A stretch of DNA of 64,000 nt from Arenicellales bacterium. Lineage in GTDB: Bacteria; Pseudomonadota; Gammaproteobacteria; Arenicellales; JAJDZL01. Where the stretch lies: positions 458,353 to 522,352 of the forward strand of contig OZ241916.1 of assembly GCA_965203865.1 (NCBI GenBank), read 5' to 3'. The position numbers and the translations under genes were made by a program. Below are positions 8,718 through 23,254 of the stretch, one piece after another (the first letter of the stretch is position 1; every line of letters starts with the position of its first letter). The notes under the pieces are model-generated. The model was given only the letters and a program-made list of their open reading frames with translations, searched no databases and was not told the DNA's origin.

Positions 8718-9533
8718 ATGGAAAGATCAATTCTTTTGAAGGACATCTGGCCAGTTAACAACGTTGAAAATTATAAGATTCATTTTGGACGCTGGTATAA
8801 AGAAGGACAAGTTTATCCCTTAGATGAATGGGTTAGCGATAGTTCAAAATGGAAAGAATGGCAGGAGTACAGGCCTGGCAAGAATGAATTCAATCGAGAG
8901 TTCATATTTTCGGTAATGGATTTCTACCATGAAAATGATGCCTGGTTGTTTGGTGGTGTGTTTCGGGTTATTGGCCGTCATGAAGACCGGTACGAGGTTG
9001 AACTCACAGAAAAGGGGGAAAAATATATTGGCCGATTAAAGTTACGGTTAAACTACAAAGAGCGGACAACAAGAGTTAAATTCGAAAATCATTACGACAA
9101 GTTTCAAGTTTTAGAAATTCTACGTGAACCATACTCAGGAATGGTATTTCCTGGTTATGAGAACATTGACATTCCTTTCACTGAATTAGAGACTGTAATC
9201 GAAAAACCGGATTGGAAACTGGCATTAGAGAACATGAAGGGAATTTATATGATTACAGATACCAGTACAGGCAAAAGATATATTGGATCAGCCTACGGAG
9301 ATTGGGGCATCTGGTCTAGATGGCAAGACTATGTTTACTCTGGACATGGCGGAAACAAAAAGCTAGTAGAGTTGCTTGGTGATAGTTTAGACCTAGCTCG
9401 TGCAAATCTTAAATTCACTCTGCTGGAAGTTTTTCTGGCTAAAGTACAGGATGACACAGTAATTCGTCGAGAATCATATTGGAAAAAAGCGCTGTTGACG
9501 AGAGTAGAAGAATTCGGTTTGAATTTGAACTGA
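8718..9533 (+). CDS. GIY-YIG nuclease-domain protein with an uncharacterised ~170-aa N-terminal domain
   Basis: The C-terminal domain has the full motif set. GIYMITDTSTGKRYIGSA is GIY-x10-YIG. It is followed by Arg (WSRW), Glu (RRESYWKK) and a terminal GLNLN (Asn). I do not recognise the N-terminal domain (YKIHFGRW...WKEWQEYRPGKNEFNREFIFSVMDFYHENDAWLFGGVFRV). Confidence 0.75.
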   Translation: MERSILLKDIWPVNNVENYKIHFGRWYKEGQVYPLDEWVSDSSKWKEWQEYRPGKNEFNREFIFSVMDFYHENDAWLFGGVFRVIGRHEDRYEVELTEKGEKYIGRLKLRLNYKERTTRVKFENHYDKFQVLEILREPYSGMVFPGYENIDIPFTELETVIEKPDWKLALENMKGIYMITDTSTGKRYIGSAYGDWGIWSRWQDYVYSGHGGNKKLVELLGDSLDLARANLKFTLLEVFLAKVQDDTVIRRESYWKKALLTRVEEFGLNLN

Positions 9534-9634
9534 ATTGTCTTGGCTCCTTATTTCACAGGACACAATCCAATCTATTGGGAGTTTAATTGCCACAATTTAC
9601 TCGCTGGTTACGAAATTGCCATTTTGTAGTTCAT

Positions 9635-11350
9635 TCAATCTTTACTTGAATTTGCACGATCGGCTACATTAACAATTGCGTCCAACTTTTCGGTCACCTC
9701 TTCACTAATACTATCTTTTTTCAAAAATTGAACTAACTGATGGTAGTCTTTCTTGAAAAACTGTTCTGGCAACTTCAACTTGTTGTAAAAATTTTTAAAT
9801 AAAGGTTCGAGAAAATCATCGCTTGCTTTAATTTCTGGCCCCCAAGGTGACGGCTTGCCGATTGTGTTGATTGCTTGTTCTATTTCTTCAATACTCGCTT
9901 TCATTGTGTCTTGCCAATTTTCGGAAAAAAGTGGACCCACTGATTTAATAACACCTTGGAATTTTGCCAGTTTCAAGATAGCTTCACGCTGACAAATATA
10001 ATTTTCGATTTCTCGCATTCTCCACATGGTTTGAATAAAATTAGTTGACCCGTCTAGTTCTATCTCAAGCCGATCAAATATAGCAATTCCCCAAAGGTTT
10101 GATTTGGCTTCAAGTAGACCATAAAAATGGGCGTTAGCTTTGGAAGGTTGATTGCTAACATAATGAACAAATGGTGCTTCTAGATGATATTTGGCTGGAT
10201 GGTTCAAAATTTTCGCGAGCTCACGTAAAATCAATAAGTCATCTGGTCCTTCCAGATATAAGACCCATCCCAATTTTTCTGCACTTAGGTAATGTCCGAA
10301 ACCAGTATCTGATAGTGATTTGAAAATCTGACTTGTACGGTTTCCATTTAGGGTACGCGGTTTGCCAGTAAACTCAATTAGTGTATCTTGTTGCCCTGCT
10401 GCCTCGTTTAACAAGACTTCCGAATGGGTTGCTGCGATAATTTGGCTATTCGTTTGCTCAGCATTTTCTTTAAGTAGCGAATAAATTTTTCGCTGGCGAA
10501 GCATTTCCAAATGGGCATCAGGTTCATCAAGCAACAATACGGAACCCGGATTTAGCATCATATGTGCCATCAATAACATTGTTTGCTGCTGCCCTCGTCC
10601 GCTTGCTGACAAATCCAGGAGCACACCGTCATTGTTTTTATAAGCCATGGCGATCTCCCCGCGTTCACCAATGTACATAGGCTCAATTAATCGGACACCA
10701 AATAGAGAGTCAATCTGGTTGCAATAGTGCTCCCATTGACCGTCATCCAAAGAAGCAAGTTGATAGCACAAGTTTCGCAAAATTTCTGCGGTACGACCTT
10801 CACCCAAACGAACATCAATTGCACCGGGGTCTAAACGTAACTCATTTGCTATTAGACCTGACATCGGTGGCAGGTAAGCAATTTTTACCTTGCTTGCTTG
10901 TTCTGGGATTGCGAAAGTCTTTTTCTCCTCTGTGCGTAGCGGCCTGCAGTAAATTGACTCTGAATTTGCGTAGTGAAATTCAAAGCCGCACGACCAATCC
11001 AAGCCATGAACTGTAATTTCAATGAGCAGGCGGTTAGTTTTTACTTTATTTGCTTTGGTTTTCTTGATGGAACGCATTTGAAGCTGGTGCCAAAGTTGAT
11101 CTGAGGACGGCACTGGCAATGCTGTTAAATCGTTACGGTTTATAGTTATTCTGTTTAGCCTTTTTGTTGTTCTAATTTCACGACTTTTGTTTGCGAGCCA
11201 CTTTTTCAAGCCGGTTTCCCACAAAGCGATTGCCTGGAGCAGCGATGTTTTCCCCGAATTGTTTGGACCTGCCAGGACAACATGTTGACCAAGGTCGAGT
11301 TCAACTTCTTCAAATAATTTGAAATGCCTGATTTTGATTCGCGTAAGCAT
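9635..11350 (-). CDS. ABC/AAA-type ATPase fused to a Toprim/DUF4435-like C-terminal domain (OLD-family or fused PARIS AriA-AriB-like)
   Basis: Walker A is GPNNSGKTS, the ABC-signature-like segment is LSASGRGQQQ, Walker B is LLLDEPDAHLE and the H-loop is AATHS. The C-terminal half has WVLYLEGPDDLLIL (the E-G-x-D of Toprim-like folds) and IAIFDRLE. Total length is 571 aa, similar to single-chain OLD nucleases. Confidence 0.6.
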   Translation of the reverse strand: MLTRIKIRHFKLFEEVELDLGQHVVLAGPNNSGKTSLLQAIALWETGLKKWLANKSREIRTTKRLNRITINRNDLTALPVPSSDQLWHQLQMRSIKKTKANKVKTNRLLIEITVHGLDWSCGFEFHYANSESIYCRPLRTEEKKTFAIPEQASKVKIAYLPPMSGLIANELRLDPGAIDVRLGEGRTAEILRNLCYQLASLDDGQWEHYCNQIDSLFGVRLIEPMYIGERGEIAMAYKNNDGVLLDLSASGRGQQQTMLLMAHMMLNPGSVLLLDEPDAHLEMLRQRKIYSLLKENAEQTNSQIIAATHSEVLLNEAAGQQDTLIEFTGKPRTLNGNRTSQIFKSLSDTGFGHYLSAEKLGWVLYLEGPDDLLILRELAKILNHPAKYHLEAPFVHYVSNQPSKANAHFYGLLEAKSNLWGIAIFDRLEIELDGSTNFIQTMWRMREIENYICQREAILKLAKFQGVIKSVGPLFSENWQDTMKASIEEIEQAINTIGKPSPWGPEIKASDDFLEPLFKNFYNKLKLPEQFFKKDYHQLVQFLKKDSISEEVTEKLDAIVNVADRANSSKD

Positions 11351-11455
11351 TTTTCAGTGGGTAATTAAACTTGAATCACTTATCATAAAACCTTTGAAAC
11401 CGATGCAAGTCATTTTAGAGCAGTTCTCAAATAAAGTTCAAAGCGGAGAAATCAT

Positions 11456-12361
11456 TTGGCAGTTCCACTTCCACATGTTATAGACGACGAATTTGAATAT
11501 GGGGTGATGCATGATGTCTCCCCTCTGATTCGCAGAATTGTTGCAAAAAATCCGAACCGCTTTACCTTTCGCGGTACTGGAACCTATATTGTTGGAAGAG
11601 GAAAAGTCGCAGTAATAGATCCGGGTCCGAATCTGCCCGAGCATATTGATGCAATTCTGAGCAGTCTGGCAGCAGAGACAATTACTCATATCTTTGTTAC
11701 CCACACCCACAGCGACCATTCTCCGGGAAGTCGCCCCTTGCAGTCTGCCTGCGGCGCTGAAATTTATGGATTTGGTCCGCTGGTGGAATGCAAAGATGAA
11801 CCGGCGGAAAAAGTGGAGGAGGATATTGATACTGAATTTCGACCCAATGTCTATGTAAAAGGCGGTGAAATCGTAAAAGGAGAAGGCTGGACTATGGAGT
11901 GCTTGCATACACCCGGTCATATTTCAAACCATGTTTGCTATCGATTGAAGGAGGAGAATTCCTTGTTCACCGGTGACCATGTTATGGGCTGGTCGACAAG
12001 TGTTATTATTCCTCCAGATGGCAATATGTCGGACTATATCAGCAGTTTAAAAAAACTGCTTGAATCGGATGACCAGGTTTACTATCCGACTCATGGTCCC
12101 AAAATCAATCATCCCAAACCCCTCTTAGAGGCATACATACAGCATCGCTATCAGCGAGAAAAGCAGGTAATCGAATATTTGGATCAGGGGTTTACAACGA
12201 TTGATGAAATAGTACCCCTGGCCTACAAAGATACTGACCCTGCGTTGCACGGTGCTGCTTCAAGGTCTTTATACGCCACACTGATTAAACTGGTTGATGA
12301 GAACAGGGTGATTTGTACTGGCAAGCCAAGACTTGACTCAAAATATCAATGCTTGCCTTGA
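11456..12361 (+). CDS. MBL-fold metallo-hydrolase
   Basis: Contains the HxHxDH motif (THTHSDHSPG) and later HTPGH. The start is uncertain, either TTG 11456 or ATG 11507. Confidence 0.8.
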   Translation: MAVPLPHVIDDEFEYGVMHDVSPLIRRIVAKNPNRFTFRGTGTYIVGRGKVAVIDPGPNLPEHIDAILSSLAAETITHIFVTHTHSDHSPGSRPLQSACGAEIYGFGPLVECKDEPAEKVEEDIDTEFRPNVYVKGGEIVKGEGWTMECLHTPGHISNHVCYRLKEENSLFTGDHVMGWSTSVIIPPDGNMSDYISSLKKLLESDDQVYYPTHGPKINHPKPLLEAYIQHRYQREKQVIEYLDQGFTTIDEIVPLAYKDTDPALHGAASRSLYATLIKLVDENRVICTGKPRLDSKYQCLP

Positions 12362-12458
12362 TCCAGATTCAGGTTTGAGCAAATTGCTTAGAATCTGGAT
12401 TGATAAACTAACTGTTTGACAAATCAGAGAAGGCGATAATCAATAAGTTCTATATTTC

Positions 12459-13358
12459 ATGAGTTCATTGGCGCTAAAAAATCATGAAGACGAAATGCCG
12501 GCACTTTCGCCTATATCACCGTTTATAGAGCTAGGTGCATATGAATCTCTATGGCTTGAGAAAGGCACAACGTTTAAATCTTTGGCTGAAAAATTTGCAC
12601 AATTCCCGGAAATGCTTCCTTCGGAATTTGTTCCATATTCCAAAGCTGCTGAATGCAGTAATCGGGTATTTGAAGAACTGCGCGCCAGCGGCGCTTCCAG
12701 GTTTGGTATTCGAATAAATCATGCCGGTGATTACCCGCAAAAATTGCGTGATGCACATCATCCGGTCGAATTGCTCTATTTTCGTGGAATTTGGGAATTT
12801 GTTGAATCAAGGAGTGTTTCTGTTATCGGAAGTCGCAATGCAAGTCCAGAAGGTGTCCAGCGCGCCAGACAGTTAGCCAAAAAGCTTGTTCAGCGTGACA
12901 TTACCATTGTGTCGGGGCTGGCCAAAGGGATTGATACCGAAGCTCATGAAACCGCTATTGCCGAAGGAGGTCGAACGATTACAGTAATCGGGACACCAAT
13001 ACACAAAGCGTACCCTCAAGAAAATACAGATCTGCAGAATAGAATTGCAAAAGAGCATCTTGTGATTTCACAGGTTCCGGTTCTTCGATATTTACAGCAA
13101 AACCCGCTTTCCAATCGATTTTTCTTCCCCGAACGCAATAAAACGATGAGTGCAATTAGCGATGCCACGATAATCGTTGAGGCCAGTGATTCGTCTGGTG
13201 CTTTAACTCAGGCGAGAGCTGCGCTATACCAAAATAGGAAGTTGTTTATACTTGATTCCTGTTTTCAAAAAGCTGGACTAAAATGGCCAAAACGATTTGC
13301 ACGCCAAGGTGCAATTCGGGTTATACGGACAGAGGATATCTGGAAGAATCTGGATTGA
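12459..13358 (+). CDS. DprA/Smf-like Rossmann-fold protein (short form, 299 aa)
   Basis: VIGSRNASPEGVQRARQLAKKLVQRDITIVSGLAKGIDTEAHETAI...TITVIG matches the DprA core as I remember it. The usual C-terminal winged-helix extension is absent. Confidence 0.65.
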   Translation: MSSLALKNHEDEMPALSPISPFIELGAYESLWLEKGTTFKSLAEKFAQFPEMLPSEFVPYSKAAECSNRVFEELRASGASRFGIRINHAGDYPQKLRDAHHPVELLYFRGIWEFVESRSVSVIGSRNASPEGVQRARQLAKKLVQRDITIVSGLAKGIDTEAHETAIAEGGRTITVIGTPIHKAYPQENTDLQNRIAKEHLVISQVPVLRYLQQNPLSNRFFFPERNKTMSAISDATIIVEASDSSGALTQARAALYQNRKLFILDSCFQKAGLKWPKRFARQGAIRVIRTEDIWKNLD

Positions 13359-13376
13359 TTCGCGACAATTGAATTT

Positions 13377-14453
13377 TCAACTGTGGTAGATGCGGCTTGC
13401 ATTTTGTACCGTTTCAACCATAACTGATACGTGCCCCGGGTTTATGTCTGGCGTTATGCCGTGTCCCAGATTAAAGACATGACCGTTTCCCGGTCCGTAA
13501 GATTGCAAAATTTGCTCGGTTTGCTTGCGAATCTCGGCTTCATCTTCTCTTAACGTACCCGGATTCAAATTTCCCTGTAAAGCGATTCTGTCGCCCACGC
13601 GCTTTCTTGCTTCGCCGATATCAATTGTCCAGTCAAGGCCGATGCACTGGCAATTTGTATCCGCAATTTGTTCAATCCATTTTCCGCCACCTTTGGTAAA
13701 CAGAATTACCGGAATTTGCGGTACTGTTTCTGCAAGGTGGTTCACAATTTTGTGCATATACGCAAGTGAAAAAGACATGTACTGTTCTGTATCCAGTATG
13801 CCGCCCCAAGTATCGAATACCATCAGTGCATTCGCCCCCGCTTTTGCATGAGCTTCCAGATAAACCGAAACCGATTTTGAAAGAATGTCCAATAGCGAAT
13901 GCATTGCTTTTGTTTGCTCTGCAGCAAATGACTTGACTTTGTCAAATTGTGTCTTTGAGCGTCCTTCAACCATGTAAACTGCAAGAGTCCAGGGGCTTCC
14001 TGAAAAACCGATTAATGGAACCGACCCGTTAAGGGCATCTTTCGTTGTCCGGATTGCCTCGAGAACATATCCAAGATCGCTTTCAGGATCTGGAATGCCA
14101 AGTTTACTCACTTCTGATGGATGAACAATTGGATTTTCGAATACAGGTCCGACCGACTCTTCCATTCTCAATCCAAGTCCCATGGCATCTGGAATGACCA
14201 GGATGTCCGAGAAAATAATTGCAGCGTCCAGGGGAAAACGTCGCAAAGGTTGCATGGTAACCTCGCATGCGAGTTCCGGAGTTCGACACAAGGTTAAAAA
14301 GTCACCCGCCTTCTTGCGGGTTGCCCGGTATTCCGGGAGATACCTTCCCGCTTGGCGCATGATCCATACAGGGGTTTGGTCAACCGGTTCACGCTTTAAA
14401 GCACGGAGCAGTCTGTCGTTTTCCAGTTTGCCGGAGTCAGTTGTACTTGTCAC
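13377..14453 (-). CDS. hemE: Uroporphyrinogen decarboxylase
   Basis: ENDRLLRALKREPVDQTPVWIMRQAGRYLPEYR is the canonical HemE N-terminus. The ORF is open to ATG 14525, but that start would overlap pyrF by 68 nt. A GTG at 14453 lies 4 nt after the pyrF stop. Confidence 0.9.
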   Translation of the reverse strand: MTSTTDSGKLENDRLLRALKREPVDQTPVWIMRQAGRYLPEYRATRKKAGDFLTLCRTPELACEVTMQPLRRFPLDAAIIFSDILVIPDAMGLGLRMEESVGPVFENPIVHPSEVSKLGIPDPESDLGYVLEAIRTTKDALNGSVPLIGFSGSPWTLAVYMVEGRSKTQFDKVKSFAAEQTKAMHSLLDILSKSVSVYLEAHAKAGANALMVFDTWGGILDTEQYMSFSLAYMHKIVNHLAETVPQIPVILFTKGGGKWIEQIADTNCQCIGLDWTIDIGEARKRVGDRIALQGNLNPGTLREDEAEIRKQTEQILQSYGPGNGHVFNLGHGITPDINPGHVSVMVETVQNASRIYHS

Positions 14454-14457
14454 TGTT

Positions 14458-21078
<6,621 letters not shown>

Positions 21079-21268
21079 TGCTAATGTTCGACTAGTTCAA
21101 TGTTCTAATTTTTCAGCTATTTGAATATGCGCCCCAGCTGACAACTTCCTTAAGGGGCAGGCGAGTGAAATGCTTGCTGGATTCCGCGTCATACACTTCG
21201 TGTTTCAATTCCTGTCAAAAGTATAGTAGCAAATTGGCAATTTTTGCAATTAATATCGTTTGGAACAT

Positions 21269-22351
21269 CTACTGCAGGAAAGATTGAATTGTCGAATTCA
21301 GGATGGAATCCGAGTAGTCGCTGGTAACTTCGGCTTGACCGATCCCTTTGAGCAATACAAATTTGATCGCACCGGATTCTGATTTTTTATCAACTTTCAT
21401 CAAGGATTTAAGATAGTCCGACTGCAGGGTTGGGGGAGGAGATACAGGTAGCCCGGCTTTTGAAATCAGGGACACGATTCGTTTGTTTTCTGTGCTGGTC
21501 AGCCATTCCAATCTTCGGGAAAACTCGGATGCCATTACCATCCCAGCTGCTACTGCTTCGCCGTGCAGCCAATCTTCATAGTTCAAACCGGTTTCGATTG
21601 CGTGTCCAAAAGTATGCCCGAAATTCAAAATTGCCCGAAGTCCAGACTCCCTTTCATCTGCCGCAACAACATACGCCTTGTTTCTGCAAGACTGTTCCAC
21701 GGCAAAGGCAACTGCATTCTTGTCGCGATTGATCAATAAATCCATGTTGTCTTCCAGCCACTTGAAGAACTCATGGTCGCGGATCAAGCCGTATTTGATG
21801 ATCTCTGCAATACCGGCTCGAAATTCTCGTTCAGGCAGTGAAGACAATGTATCCGAATCCGAAACAACGCAGACAGGCTGGTGAAATGCACCAATCATAT
21901 TTTTGCCTCTGGGATGATTGACGCCGGTTTTCCCGCCGACCGCAGAATCCACTTGCGATAGCAAAGTGGTCGGGATTTGTATGCAGGGGATGCCTCGTTG
22001 ATAGCAGGCAGCTGTAAATCCGGCGATATCTCCAACTACACCGCCGCCCAGTGCGACAACAGTTGTTTTTCGGTCGCATGGAATTGCAAGCATTTGATCA
22101 ATGATCGATTCTACTGTTGAGAGTTGCTTGTGTGTTTCTCCGTCCGGCAGAACCGCGGCATGCACCTCGCCAACTGCGCTCATCGCATGTTTTACTTTTT
22201 GCAAGTACAAATCCGCTACTGTTTCATTTGTGACAATGAATAATTTCGATCCCTTGACATGCGGCTTGTAAAGTTCAGATTGAGCGAGCAGCTTTGCTCC
22301 TATATGAATCGGATAGTTGCAGTGCCCCAGTTCTACGCTTACAGTAATCAT
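21269..22351 (-). CDS. aroB: 3-dehydroquinate synthase
   Basis: GGGVVGDIAGFTAACYQRGIPCIQIPTTLLSQVDSAVGGKTGVN and the HTFGHAIE / HGEAV metal ligands are present. Confidence 0.95.
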   Translation of the reverse strand: MITVSVELGHCNYPIHIGAKLLAQSELYKPHVKGSKLFIVTNETVADLYLQKVKHAMSAVGEVHAAVLPDGETHKQLSTVESIIDQMLAIPCDRKTTVVALGGGVVGDIAGFTAACYQRGIPCIQIPTTLLSQVDSAVGGKTGVNHPRGKNMIGAFHQPVCVVSDSDTLSSLPEREFRAGIAEIIKYGLIRDHEFFKWLEDNMDLLINRDKNAVAFAVEQSCRNKAYVVAADERESGLRAILNFGHTFGHAIETGLNYEDWLHGEAVAAGMVMASEFSRRLEWLTSTENKRIVSLISKAGLPVSPPPTLQSDYLKSLMKVDKKSESGAIKFVLLKGIGQAEVTSDYSDSILNSTIQSFLQ

Positions 22352-22890
22352 TGCGATAGCAGTTTTTGTTCGATTTGTTTTGCGACTGCCTTGGCGCTCG
22401 TACGATCAGCGTAAATAATTATGTCCGCTTCCTCGCGGTACAAAGGTTCACGCTCTTTCATGAGGCGGGCAATTGTTTGCTTGGGGTCGCCGTTGTTCAA
22501 CAGTGGGCGGTGCTTGCTGTTCCGGATCCGACGTTCCAGAAACTGCGGTGTTGCATAAAGATACACTACAATGCCGCTTCTTAGAATTTTCCGATTTTCT
22601 TCTCGTGCTATGGCACCGCCGCCCGTGGATACAACCATGCAGTTGTTATCGGCGAATCTGAGTAGTGATTCAGTTTCGAGTTCGCGGAAACCGCTTTCTC
22701 CAACTTCGTCGAAAATTTCCACAATTGTCTTTCCCGCATGTTTTTCGATTTCGCTATCCAAGTCGACAAATTCAAGCCGCATAATTTGAGCAAGTATGCG
22801 CCCGACTGTGCTTTTCCCTACGCCAGAAGGACCAATCAGATAGATGACAGGATCTGTGTGCTGATAGCCTGGTTTTCCACCAAATTTCAT
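22348..22890 (-). CDS. aroK: Shikimate kinase
   Basis: P-loop GPSGVGKSTVGR and FRELE.. are present. It overlaps aroB by 4 nt. Confidence 0.92.
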   Translation of the reverse strand: MKFGGKPGYQHTDPVIYLIGPSGVGKSTVGRILAQIMRLEFVDLDSEIEKHAGKTIVEIFDEVGESGFRELETESLLRFADNNCMVVSTGGGAIAREENRKILRSGIVVYLYATPQFLERRIRNSKHRPLLNNGDPKQTIARLMKEREPLYREEADIIIYADRTSAKAVAKQIEQKLLSQ

Positions 22891-23254
22891 TGTACAAGGC
22901 CGAGTAGTGATTCATTGATATTGGGGAGATTGCACTTCAAATAGTCATTAAATGCAAAGGGTGTTTGTACTCGCCAATCTCGCGCAGCGATTTTCTTTCG
23001 CCAAACATCCTGATTATGCGCTTTGGCATTCCAATCCGCTTTTCGCTTTGAAAATCGATTTTCCATTCGCAAATTTCTCCTGTTAGTGGCTTGTGCGTAG
23101 TTGCTGTTGCCTTGGCAAGCGCAAGCAGCTGCTTGCGCTATGGTTGCATTCATTCACAGCATCCACCATAGCCTCAATTCATAGTGAATATCATAAACGA
23201 ACACAGCAAAAGGAGTAATATAATTGGAAACAGATTAACAATATTTGTTGCTGT

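Noticed and set aside
12361-12400. Hairpin ATCCAGATT...AATCTGGAT after the MBL gene, as an intrinsic terminator.
   Set aside because: The 9-bp stem is real, but the loop is 22 nt and no T-tract follows, so it is not a convincing rho-independent terminator.
22887-23153. 88-aa ORF overlapping the aroK start by 4 nt.
   Set aside because: It occupies the spot where pilQ/hofQ normally lies but shows no secretin similarity. It is basic and low-complexity. It is more likely promoter or remnant DNA.
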